Assembly: GCA_947564425.1 (NCBI GenBank) | Contig: CANOBU010000001.1 | Coordinates: 158 to 64,157, forward strand | Reading direction: 5' to 3' | Origin: an uncultured Eggerthellaceae bacterium | Lineage (GTDB): Bacteria > Actinomycetota > Coriobacteriia > Coriobacteriales > Eggerthellaceae | DNA: 64,000 nt | In this document: one piece after another, positions 53,598-61,645 of the stretch | Position numbering within the stretch: position 1 is the first letter of the stretch | Layout of the letters: each line of letters opens with the position of its first letter | Made by a program: the position numbers and the translations under genes | The notes under the pieces: generated by a model | The model's database searches: none | What the model was told of the DNA's origin: nothing | What the model saw: the letters and a program-made list of their open reading frames with translations, nothing else

Positions 53598-53698
53598 GGG
53601 GCCGGGGCACCCTTCTTCCACGCTTGTTTCGCACGCTGCGCCGCGCGAAGGCGGCTTGGTGCGAAGGCGCGCGGAATAAGGGCACCCCGGCCCCTCAG
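53594..53698. repeat. long imperfect GC-rich hairpin overlapping the TM2 gene stop codon
   Basis: The outer 14 bp ctgaggggccgggg (53594-53607) / ccccggcccctcag (53685-53698) are perfect. The stem continues imperfectly inward. The TGA stop at 53595-53597 lies in the left arm. Confidence 0.8.
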
Positions 53699-53715
53699 GG
53701 CCGGGCGATCTGTCC

Positions 53716-53805
53716 GCCGACCTCGGCGACGGCACTCCCTCCGTTTTCACTCCTCGCTTCGCTGCGGGGGTTGAAAACTCCGGGAGCGCCGTCGCCGAAG
53801 CCGGC
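53716..53805. repeat. hairpin element carrying second copy of the conserved 36-nt core
   Basis: The core gttttcactcctcgcttcgctgcgggggttgaaaac is at 53743-53778. The outer stem 53716-53739 / 53782-53805 pairs 21 of 24 positions. The element directly follows the 53594-53698 hairpin. Confidence 0.85.
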
Positions 53806-53870
53806 TGCATAGCCTGGCTCTCTGGCACTTCCAAGGTGGAGGCGGCACCTTCCCGCTGGCGGCGTTGTTT

Positions 53871-53879
53871 TGCTACAAT
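53871..53879 (+). promoter_or_regulatory. extended -10 promoter candidate (TGcTACAAT) for the aldolase gene
   Basis: tgctacaat at 53871-53879 lies 34 nt before ATG 53914. Confidence 0.4.
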
Positions 53880-53913
53880 GGGGGGCGTTGTATTAATCCT
53901 ACAAGGAGGGAAA

Positions 53914-54858
53914 ATGCCTACCATTACCCGTGAGCAGGTCAGGGTCCCGGTGGATGTATCGCCCGAGATGCGCGATACCTACATCGACAACTACATGAAG
54001 GCTACCCGCGGCAGCGGCCGCCTCATGCTGTTCGCCTGCGATCAGAAAGTCGAGCATCTGAACAAGGACTTCTACGGCGAGGGCATCGATATCGCCGATG
54101 TGGAGCCCGAGCACCTCTTCAAGATCGCCAAGGAGGGCGTCATCGGCGTCATGGCTGCCCAGCGGGGGCTCATCGCCCAGTATGCCGCCGATTATCCGGA
54201 TATCAACTACCTGGTGAAGATGAACTCCAAGACCAACCTGGTGAAGACCGACCAGGAGGATCCCTACTCGCCGCAGCTCTACGGCCTGGACACCGTGTTG
54301 GCCATGCGCGATGCCGGCGTGAACATCGTGGGCTTGGGCTACACCATCTATCTGGGCAGCGAGTACGAGGCCACCATGCTGGCCGAGGCCGGCGACCTCA
54401 TCGCCCAGGCCCATGCCGAAGGCTTGCTGGTGGTGCTGTGGATCTATCCCCGCGGCAAGGCCGTGGGTGCCGAGAAGGACCCCGACCTTATCGCCGGTGC
54501 CGCCGGTGTTGCGCTGTGCCTGGGTGCCGATTACGTGAAGGTGAACCCGCCCAAGCCCGAAGGCGAGGACGAGCGCACCCCCGCCGAGGCCCTGAAGATC
54601 GCCAGCATGGCCTGCGGCCGTACCGGGCTGGTATGCGCCGGCGGCTCCACGGTGGATGCGCAGACCTTCCTCACGCAGCTCTACGATCAGATTCACGTGG
54701 GCGGCGCCTGCGGCAACGCTACCGGCCGCAATATCCATCAGCGTTCCCTCGACGAGGCGGTGCGCCTGACCAAGGCCATCAGCTCCATCACCCTGGCCGA
54801 CTACACGGTCGATCAGGCCATGGAGGTGTTCAACGGCCAGCAGGATTTCAAGCTGTAG
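53914..54858 (+). CDS. class I aldolase, DhnA/FbaB (DeoC/LacD superfamily) type
   Basis: In frame with ORF 53836..54858. ATG 53914 follows AAGGAGGG. Contains RLMLFACDQKVEH, the Schiff-base lysine context LGADYVKVNPP, and GGACGNATGRNIHQ. Confidence 0.8.
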   Translation: MPTITREQVRVPVDVSPEMRDTYIDNYMKATRGSGRLMLFACDQKVEHLNKDFYGEGIDIADVEPEHLFKIAKEGVIGVMAAQRGLIAQYAADYPDINYLVKMNSKTNLVKTDQEDPYSPQLYGLDTVLAMRDAGVNIVGLGYTIYLGSEYEATMLAEAGDLIAQAHAEGLLVVLWIYPRGKAVGAEKDPDLIAGAAGVALCLGADYVKVNPPKPEGEDERTPAEALKIASMACGRTGLVCAGGSTVDAQTFLTQLYDQIHVGGACGNATGRNIHQRSLDEAVRLTKAISSITLADYTVDQAMEVFNGQQDFKL

Positions 54859-54893
54859 CCTGAACGTCCCCCCGACACGCCCCCGGCATTGTT

Positions 54894-54926
54894 GCAACCC
54901 GGAGAAATCCTCCGGGTTGCTGTTTT
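54894..54926 (+). terminator. intrinsic terminator after aldolase gene
   Basis: 10-bp stem gcaacccgga (54894-54903) / tccgggttgc (54911-54920) with a 7-nt loop, followed by tgTTTT. Confidence 0.7.
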
Positions 54927-54955
54927 CCCGCCTCGCTTTGGAGTAAAGTGGGGCC

Positions 54956-55513
54956 ATGGGATGCGAGGGGGGAAAGATCGACGGGGATGCGCTGCTGCGG
55001 CGGCTGCTCGACGCCCATGAGGGCTACTACGATGTGGTCCGCGGCTATGAATTCGCAGGCCGCGCCTTCCCCGGCTATGCCGAGTTCCACAGCCATGGCG
55101 AGAAGTACGTGCTGTCGAAGAAGGCCAAGCTGTGGGAGGTCGATGCCCACGAATACCTTTTCTTCGACACCGCGCCCTGCGTCGACAGGGCTTATCTGGA
55201 AGAGCTCATCGCATTCATGACCGGCCCTGTCCTGGGGAAGGTCGAGCCGAAGCCCGATCATATGACCAGCTATCTCTCGGCGGTGGTCATCGCCGATTGC
55301 ACGGACGGCGCGGTGCCGCAGCTGGTGCGTCGGGCCCGCTTCCGGAAGAATTTCATGCTGGGCCTGCGGGGATGGGCCGATCTGCGCCTTGCAGTGATCG
55401 ACCTGCAGGAGTATAACGTGTACACGAACGGCCAGGGCAAGCAGATGAGGGGCGTGCTCGAGGCCAATCTGGCGAAAGCGGCTGCGGCCGCCGGGGATGG
55501 GAAAGGCGAATAG
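54956..55513 (+). CDS. hypothetical protein (185 aa) upstream of cstA
   Basis: Track ORF with strong G/C third-position bias. It ends 10 nt before the cstA start. No family recognised. Confidence 0.55.
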   Translation: MGCEGGKIDGDALLRRLLDAHEGYYDVVRGYEFAGRAFPGYAEFHSHGEKYVLSKKAKLWEVDAHEYLFFDTAPCVDRAYLEELIAFMTGPVLGKVEPKPDHMTSYLSAVVIADCTDGAVPQLVRRARFRKNFMLGLRGWADLRLAVIDLQEYNVYTNGQGKQMRGVLEANLAKAAAAAGDGKGE

Positions 55514-55523
55514 GGGAGACGCG

Positions 55524-57323
55524 ATGAACGCGATGGTCCTGGTTCTGGTTTCGACGGCGGTGCTGATATGCGGCTATATCTTCTATGGCGGCTGGCTGGC
55601 CCGCCAATGGGGCGTGCAGCCCAACCGCGAGACACCGGCCCACGAGCTCGAGGACGGCGTGGATTACGTGCCGGCGCCCCCCTATGTGGTGCTGGGCCAT
55701 CATTTCAGCTCCATCGCCGGCGCCGGTCCCATAAACGGCCCCATCCAGGCGGCCATATTCGGCTGGGTGCCCGTGGTGCTGTGGGTGCTCATCGGCGGCA
55801 TATTCTTCGGCGCCACCCACGATTTCGGGGCGCTGTTCGCCTCTATACGCCATAAGGGCGCCACCCTGGCCACGGTGGTGCAGCAGAACATCGACGATAC
55901 GGCCAAGAAGATGTTCTGCATCTTCGCCTACCTCACCCTGGTGCTGGTGGTGGCCGCCTTCGCCTCTATCGTGGCCAGCACGTTCATGGTCATGCCCCAG
56001 GCAAGCGATGCCACCAACGGCCAGAACTCCACGGTGGCCCTCATCTCGGTGCTGTTCATCGCCGTGGCGGTGGTGTGGGGCCTGGCCACCCGGGGCCGGC
56101 GCATCCCCGTATGGATCAACGTATTCATCGCCATCACCGTCATCGTGGTGGTCATCGTCATAGGCATCAACTTCCCCAACGTCATCAATTTCGACCGCAC
56201 CACATGGATGATGCTGTTGGGGATGTACATCCTCATCGCCGCCGTGGCGCCGGTGTGGATTTTGCTGCAGCCCCGCGACTATCTTTCCAGCTACCTGCTG
56301 TACGGCATGCTGCTGATGGCATTCATAGGCGTTATCGGCGCCGGCGTCACCGGCCATGCCACCGAGCTGGGCATCCCCGCCTTCACGGGCTTCGTCGCCA
56401 ACACCCAGGCCTTCGATGCCGTGACGGGCCAGACGCTCTACGACGGCTCGGGCAATGCGATCATGAACCCGGCGGCCCAGGGGGGCTTCCTGTTTCCGGC
56501 CCTGTTCATAACCATCGCCTGCGGGGCCATCTCGGGCTTCCACAGCCTGGTGGCATCGGGAACCACCTCCAAGCAGCTCGATAAGGAATCCGAGGCCCAG
56601 CCCATCGGCTACGGCGGCATGCTCATCGAGTGCCTGCTGGCCATCCTGGCCCTGTGCGCCGTGGGGTTCGTGTGGTCGACCTATGCGGCCGGCGGCTATT
56701 CGTCGCCCACCCAGGTGTTCGCCGACGGCCTGTCGGGCATGCTGGCCTGCATTCCGGGGCTCGAAGGCTCACGCGACCTCGCCTATGCGCTGCTGGTGCT
56801 GGCGGTGTCGGCCTTCTGCCTGACCTCCCTGGATACGGCCACGCGCCTGGCGCGCTATATGTTCCAGGAACTCTGGGTGCCGGCGGACAAGGAGGCCGGC
56901 GACCTGAAGGGTTGGCGCAAAGTGCTGAACAACAAGTACGTGGCCACCGTCATAACCGTGGTTGCCGGCGTGGGGCTGGGGATGTCCGGCTATACCGTCA
57001 TATGGCCGCTGTTCGGCGCCGCCAACCAGCTGCTGGCCGCCCTGGCGCTTCTGGCCGTATGCGCCTGGCTGGGCAATGCGGGCCGCAACAACAAGATGTT
57101 CTACATCCCCATGGCCTTCATGTTGGCCGTCACCCTGACGTCGCTGGTGCTCACCATCTTCCAGAAGGCCATGGCCATCGTGGGCGGGGCCGATATATTC
57201 GCCCCCCTGGTGCAGCTGGTCATCGCGGCTATCCTGCTGGTTTTGGCCGTGGTGCTGGCGGCGAAGGGCTGCAAGGTCATCTTCGGCTCCGGCAAGAAGA
57301 GGGCCTTAGGCGGGCAGTCATAG
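55524..57323 (+). CDS. cstA: carbon starvation protein A family transporter
   Basis: In frame with ORF 55497..57323. ATG 55524 follows GGGGAGA. Contains VLGHHFSSIAGAGPINGPI, ACGAISGFHSLVASGTTSKQL and LFGAANQLLAA, which are CstA signatures. Confidence 0.9.
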   Translation: MNAMVLVLVSTAVLICGYIFYGGWLARQWGVQPNRETPAHELEDGVDYVPAPPYVVLGHHFSSIAGAGPINGPIQAAIFGWVPVVLWVLIGGIFFGATHDFGALFASIRHKGATLATVVQQNIDDTAKKMFCIFAYLTLVLVVAAFASIVASTFMVMPQASDATNGQNSTVALISVLFIAVAVVWGLATRGRRIPVWINVFIAITVIVVVIVIGINFPNVINFDRTTWMMLLGMYILIAAVAPVWILLQPRDYLSSYLLYGMLLMAFIGVIGAGVTGHATELGIPAFTGFVANTQAFDAVTGQTLYDGSGNAIMNPAAQGGFLFPALFITIACGAISGFHSLVASGTTSKQLDKESEAQPIGYGGMLIECLLAILALCAVGFVWSTYAAGGYSSPTQVFADGLSGMLACIPGLEGSRDLAYALLVLAVSAFCLTSLDTATRLARYMFQELWVPADKEAGDLKGWRKVLNNKYVATVITVVAGVGLGMSGYTVIWPLFGAANQLLAALALLAVCAWLGNAGRNNKMFYIPMAFMLAVTLTSLVLTIFQKAMAIVGGADIFAPLVQLVIAAILLVLAVVLAAKGCKVIFGSGKKRALGGQS

Positions 57324-57325
57324 GT

Positions 57326-57331
57326 TATAAT
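57326..57331 (+). promoter_or_regulatory. TATAAT -10 box for tRNA-Leu
   Basis: Perfect TATAAT at 57326-57331, 2 nt after the cstA stop and 10 nt before the mature tRNA 5' end. Confidence 0.45.
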
Positions 57332-57341
57332 CTGTAGCCGT

Positions 57342-57425
57342 GCCCGAGTGGCGGAATGGCAGACGCGGCGGTCTCAAAAACCGTTGTGGAAACACGTGCG
57401 AGTTCGACTCTCGCCTCGGGCACCA
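57342..57425 (+). tRNA. tRNA-Leu (anticodon CAA)
   Basis: Hand-folded cloverleaf. The acceptor is gcccgag/ctcgggc. The anticodon stem is gcggt/accgt with loop ctCAAaa. It has a long variable arm tgtggaaacacgt, a T-arm gcgag-ttcgact-ctcgc, discriminator A and an encoded CCA. Confidence 0.9.
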
Positions 57426-57430
57426 TCTTT

Positions 57431-57457
57431 GATGCTTTTGCCTACGGCAAAAGCATC
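57431..57457 (+). terminator. hairpin directly after tRNA-Leu
   Basis: 12-bp perfect stem gatgcttttgcc / ggcaaaagcatc with a 3-nt loop. No U-run follows, so its function as a terminator or processing signal is uncertain. Confidence 0.4.
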
Positions 57458-57466
57458 CGGTCGTCC

Positions 57467-57577
57467 GCTCAGGCTTCCTGCAGTACGCACCCTGGGCCTT
57501 CAGGCCGCACGCCATGGCCCGAAGGCCAATGGCGCACGCCCTTCAGGCCCATGGCACGCACTGCAGAAACCCTGAGC
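57467..57577. repeat. long imperfect GC-rich hairpin
   Basis: The outer pairs gctcagg (57467-57473) / cctgagc (57571-57577) and ctgcag / ctgcag are perfect. The interior is built from reiterated ggcc-N4-ggcc units (ggccttcaggcc, ggcccgaaggcc). Confidence 0.7.
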
Positions 57578-57611
57578 TGCTTACTAGCGCCAACCTGCCC
57601 GGCTTCCTTCG

Positions 57612-57655
57612 GGCCATCGCTTCGCTCGGCCCGGCCCGTCGGCCATCGCTTCGCT
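57612..57655 (+). repeat. direct repeat of 15-mer ggccatcgcttcgct (period 29 nt)
   Basis: Identical 15-mers at 57612-57626 and 57641-57655. Each contains tcgcttcgct, the same decamer found in the 36-nt hairpin cores at 4776-4785 and 53754-53763. Confidence 0.85.
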
Positions 57656-57764
57656 TGGGCGGTGATGGGGGCTTCTGAAAAACCATAATTCAGAGGGTAT
57701 CGGGGAGGCTGTCCCATAGAGTAGAATACAAGCCATGCTATCGGATATCAGAGGGATGGAAACC

Positions 57765-59336
57765 ATGGTTCGAATTCGTCGATTCGCTTTGTATGCTGCT
57801 GCCTTCTCGCTTGCCGTGCTCGCGGCCCTGTCGGTTCTGCTGCCCGGCATGGCGCCGGCGGCCTACGGTGCAGAGGGGTCGTCCAGCCTGGCAGCGGGCC
57901 AGGCCGTCCTGCCCGCGGGCGAGGGGGGCGATAGCACCGCCGCCCCGACTGTGCAGCCGGTGCAGCCCCAGCCCACCGCCGTTGCGGTGTATTCCCTGCG
58001 CAACCCCAAGTCGGGCGACCGCATCTACACCGATTCCGTCCAGGAGCGCGACAAGTACAAGCGCGCCGGTTGGATATCCGGCGGGTCCTCCTGGACGGCG
58101 CCCGTACAATCGAGCGCCCCGGTGTACCGCCTGTACAAGCCCGGCTACGGCCACTATTTCACCGCGAACGAGAGCGAATACGCCAAGATGCTGAAGCAGC
58201 GCTGGCGCGATCAGGGCATCGCCTTCTACATGCCCGATTACAACCAGCCCCGCATCGCCGTGTACCGCGATGCCTCCCCCAAGAAGACCAAGATGATGAA
58301 CTATTATCTGACCGGCTCGTCCTCGAAGCACAACAGCCTGCTGAAGAGCGGATGGAAGTCCAAGGGCGTCTTCTACGGGGTGCCCACCGCCGCCCAGCTG
58401 CGCAACGGCTGGGTGCGGCTGTCGGGGCAGTGGCAGTACATGAGGAATGGCGAACCGGCCAAGGCCCAGTGGGTGGTCACCTCCGACAACATGCCGGCGC
58501 CCTCCCTGGCCGGCAAGCAGCGCTACTGGGTCGATTCCAAAGGGCAGCTTGCCCGGGGGCGCCTGATCAACCCGAAGAAGGCCGTCGACAAGAAGGCCGG
58601 CTACTACGCCTATGCCCGCTCCAACGGGGCGGTGGTGTGCGGCACCTGGTACAACGGCAAGAACCGCTGCTACGTGGCCACCAAGGCCGGCAAGCTGCCC
58701 ACCAAGGGCGGCTGGCTCACCACCAAGAAGTACGCGGGCAGCACCCAGCGCTACCGCATAGACGGCAAGACCCATGCGGCCATCGTAGGGAAGTTCAAGG
58801 TGGGGAAGAGCTCCTACTACGGCTACAAGGGCAAGGGCTATATCGTGCGCAGCGGCGCCGTCAAGGTGAGCGGCAAGGGCTATTGGGCCGGCAGCAACGG
58901 CGTGCTGCACCGCGACGACATCGCCTACCGCCTGATCAAGAAGGCCCAGGGTTACAGCAGCGATACGCGCTACCTCATCCTGATAGACATCGACAACCCG
59001 CGCTTCGTGCTGATGCAGGGCAGCCGCGGGAACTGGAAGATCAAGAACGTGTGGGAATGCGATACCGGGGCTCCGGAGACGCCCACCGTGCGGGGTGTCT
59101 ACAAGATGGGCATCAAGGGCTATTCCTTCGGCCACGGCTATACCTGCTACTACTACTCCCAGATACTGGGGGACTATCTCATCCACACCCGCATATACCA
59201 GGAGGGCACCTGGATCCTGAACGACGGCCCCCTGGGGCGCCGCTGCTCCCAGGGCTGCGTGCGCCTGGCCACGCCCAATGCCAAATGGGTATGGGACCAC
59301 GTACCCTCCGGCACCACCATCGTGACCACCACCTAG
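57765..59336 (+). CDS. secreted L,D-transpeptidase (YkuD domain) with N-terminal repeat domains
   Basis: In frame with ORF 57735..59336. ATG 57765 lies behind GAGGGATGG. The signal peptide is MVRIRRFALYAAAFSLAVLAALSVLLPGMAPAAYG. The C-terminal catalytic motif is IHTRIY...GRRCSQGCVRLATPNAKWVW. Confidence 0.85.
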   Translation: MVRIRRFALYAAAFSLAVLAALSVLLPGMAPAAYGAEGSSSLAAGQAVLPAGEGGDSTAAPTVQPVQPQPTAVAVYSLRNPKSGDRIYTDSVQERDKYKRAGWISGGSSWTAPVQSSAPVYRLYKPGYGHYFTANESEYAKMLKQRWRDQGIAFYMPDYNQPRIAVYRDASPKKTKMMNYYLTGSSSKHNSLLKSGWKSKGVFYGVPTAAQLRNGWVRLSGQWQYMRNGEPAKAQWVVTSDNMPAPSLAGKQRYWVDSKGQLARGRLINPKKAVDKKAGYYAYARSNGAVVCGTWYNGKNRCYVATKAGKLPTKGGWLTTKKYAGSTQRYRIDGKTHAAIVGKFKVGKSSYYGYKGKGYIVRSGAVKVSGKGYWAGSNGVLHRDDIAYRLIKKAQGYSSDTRYLILIDIDNPRFVLMQGSRGNWKIKNVWECDTGAPETPTVRGVYKMGIKGYSFGHGYTCYYYSQILGDYLIHTRIYQEGTWILNDGPLGRRCSQGCVRLATPNAKWVWDHVPSGTTIVTTT

Positions 59337-59364
59337 GGTGCTGCGAATCAGGGGAAGCGAGACC

Positions 59365-60756
59365 ATGGAGGATAGGGAAGGGCTGCAGCGGGCCATCGAG
59401 GCCTATCGCGACAGCCATTGGGAGCAGATCCTGGCCGATATCGGCAGCCTGGTATCCATACCGAGCGTGGAGGACCTGCGGGCCGCGGCCCCCGGCGCCC
59501 CCTTCGGCCCCGGCCCCCGGGCCGCATTGGACGAGGCTCTGGCCATCGCCCGGCGCTGCGGGTTCCGCACAGGCGAGAGCGACGGCTATATCGGCTGGGC
59601 CGACCTGCCGGGAACGGGTCCGAGGCAGCTGGGTATCATCGGCCATGTGGATGTGGTGCCCGCCGGCCCCGGTTGGCATACGGACCCCTATCGCCTTTCC
59701 CGCCGCGACGGCTATATCCTGGGGCGCGGCGTCATGGACGACAAGGGCCCGCTGGTTGTGGCCCTGCATGCCCTGGCCTTCTGGAAGGACCGCGGTCTGC
59801 CATTGCCCTGGTCGGTGCGGGTGCTCATCGGCACGGACGAGGAGACGGCCATGCACGACGTGGCCCATTACCGCGAGCGCTTCGCCGACCCCGATTTCCT
59901 GTTCACGCCCGACGGGCAGTTCCCCCTGTGCTACGGCGAGGCGGGCATCTGCCATGGCGAGCTGTCCAGCGCCCCCCTCGGGGAAGGGGATATCCTGCAG
60001 ATCGAAGGCGGACAGGCCGCCAACGCCGTGCCGGGCACCGCGCAGGCCCTGGTGCGCGGCGCCTTCGCCTCTGCCGACCCGCGCATAACGGCGGTGCCCG
60101 AAGGGGATTGCACGCGCATCCAGACGACGGGCACGGCGGCCCATGCATCGCTTCCCGAGGAAGGATGCAACGCCATCGGCCTGCTGGTGTCGTTCCTGCT
60201 GGAATGCGGGGCAGGCACGGCCGCTGAACGGCAATTCCTGGAGCTTTTGGGGCGGCTGCACGGCGCTTGGGACGGGTCGGGGCTGGGAATCGCCTGCTCC
60301 GATGGGCATTTCGGCGCCCTCACGGCCGTGGGCAGCGTCATCGGGCTGCGGGATGGCCGCTTGGTGCAGACGGTCGATTTCCGGTATCCCACCGCTACCA
60401 GCGCCGCTGCCATCGGCGAGGCGGTCGATGCGGCGGCCCGCGCCTGCGGGGGCTCCTTCCGCATCGTCCACGACAAGGCCCCCTTCCTCATGGATCCCGA
60501 TTCGCCCGAAGTGGCCGCCCTGCTGGCTTCCTACGAGGCGGCCGCGGGCGAGGCCGCCCGTCCCTGCACCTCGAAGGGGGGCACCTACGCCCGCTGCTTC
60601 ACCGCGGGCGTGTGCTTCGGGCCCGAGAAGCCCTGGGATCAGGCGCCCTCCTGGGTAGGAGGCCTGCACTGCGCCGACGAGGGGGCGTCCGAGGCGCTGC
60701 TGAAGGAGGCTTTCACCGCCTACGCCCTTGCCATCGGAGCGGTGACGGGTACCTGA
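59365..60756 (+). CDS. M20-family dipeptidase (PepV/Sapep-like)
   Basis: In frame with ORF 59338..60756. ATG 59365 follows AGGGGAAG. Contains GHVDVVPAG, GRGVMDDKGP and GTDEET, which are metal-ligand contexts. Confidence 0.8.
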   Translation: MEDREGLQRAIEAYRDSHWEQILADIGSLVSIPSVEDLRAAAPGAPFGPGPRAALDEALAIARRCGFRTGESDGYIGWADLPGTGPRQLGIIGHVDVVPAGPGWHTDPYRLSRRDGYILGRGVMDDKGPLVVALHALAFWKDRGLPLPWSVRVLIGTDEETAMHDVAHYRERFADPDFLFTPDGQFPLCYGEAGICHGELSSAPLGEGDILQIEGGQAANAVPGTAQALVRGAFASADPRITAVPEGDCTRIQTTGTAAHASLPEEGCNAIGLLVSFLLECGAGTAAERQFLELLGRLHGAWDGSGLGIACSDGHFGALTAVGSVIGLRDGRLVQTVDFRYPTATSAAAIGEAVDAAARACGGSFRIVHDKAPFLMDPDSPEVAALLASYEAAAGEAARPCTSKGGTYARCFTAGVCFGPEKPWDQAPSWVGGLHCADEGASEALLKEAFTAYALAIGAVTGT

Positions 60757-60927
60757 GCGGAATAGTCGGTATTCATCGCCGGGATGCGCGTGGAAATGGT
60801 GTTTTTCTGTCGGATAATCAGGCAAATCCCATAAACGGTAGTATATTCGTTGGTCAGCGGCTTTTTGCCCCTGTCTGTGTTAAAGTGTCAGTGTTATATC
60901 GAGAGAATGCGAAGGAGGAGGTCCGCT

Positions 60928-61641
60928 GTGCTGAAAGCCATCATCGTCGATGACGAAGCGCCTGCCAGGTCAGAGCTGCGGTATCTTCTCGATGAGCTCG
61001 GACAAACCGAGGTGGTTGCCGAAGCTGCCAACGTGCGCGAGGCAATCGAGAAGCTGAAGGAATACCCCTGCGACGTCATATTCCTGGATGTGAATATGCC
61101 CGAGGCCACGGGGTTGAAGCTGGCGGAGGCGCTCCAGCGCCTGAAGTTCCCGCCGGTGGTCGTGTTCGTCACGGCCTATAGCGAGTTCGCCCTGGACGCT
61201 TTCAAGGTGAATGCCGTGGATTACCTGGTGAAGCCCGTCGAGACCGAGCGCCTGGCCCAGGCCATCGCCCGCGTGCGCGAGAACGTCGCCCTGCACATGC
61301 AGGCCCAGAAGTCCGAGCGCATATCGGTGGAGAAGGGCGGCAAGAAGATCCTCATAGCCATCGACAAGATCCGCTTCGTCATGGCCCGCGACGACTACGC
61401 CTACCTGCAGACCGATACGGACCGCTATTTCAGCACCGTGAGCCTGGCCCAGCTGGAGAAGCGCCTGGACGGCCACGGGTTCTTCCGCGTGCACCGCGGG
61501 TATCTGGTGAACCTCTCGCTGGTGGAGGAAGTGGAATCGGTGTCGGGCGGTACCCTGCTGCTCACTCTGAACGGCGTGGAGGACAAGATCCCCGTATCGC
61601 GCCGGCGCGTGTCGCTTCTGAAGAAGGCCCTGGGAATATAG
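60928..61641 (+). CDS. LytR/AlgR-family response regulator (REC + LytTR DNA-binding domain)
   Basis: In frame with ORF 60850..61641. GTG 60928 lies 7 nt after AAGGAGGAGG. The REC domain reads KAIIVDDEAPARSEL...DVIFLDVNMP...VFVTAY. The LytTR domain reads IRFVMARDDYAYLQT...FFRVHRGYLVNL. Confidence 0.9.
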   Translation: MLKAIIVDDEAPARSELRYLLDELGQTEVVAEAANVREAIEKLKEYPCDVIFLDVNMPEATGLKLAEALQRLKFPPVVVFVTAYSEFALDAFKVNAVDYLVKPVETERLAQAIARVRENVALHMQAQKSERISVEKGGKKILIAIDKIRFVMARDDYAYLQTDTDRYFSTVSLAQLEKRLDGHGFFRVHRGYLVNLSLVEEVESVSGGTLLLTLNGVEDKIPVSRRRVSLLKKALGI

Positions 61642-61645
61642 GGCC

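Noticed and set aside
53743-53778. The 36-nt core gttttcac...ttgaaaac looks like a CRISPR repeat in length, in its GTTTT...GAAAAC termini and in its internal palindrome.
   Set aside because: Only single copies occur at each locus (4765-4800 and 53743-53778), with no repeat-spacer periodicity. The flanks pair with each other as hairpin stems rather than being spacers. No cas genes are in the window.
57342-61641. A genomic island or prophage integrated at tRNA-Leu.
   Set aside because: No integrase, recombinase or phage genes follow the tRNA. I found no direct repeat of the tRNA 3' end downstream. GC content and codon bias of the following genes match the rest of the window.
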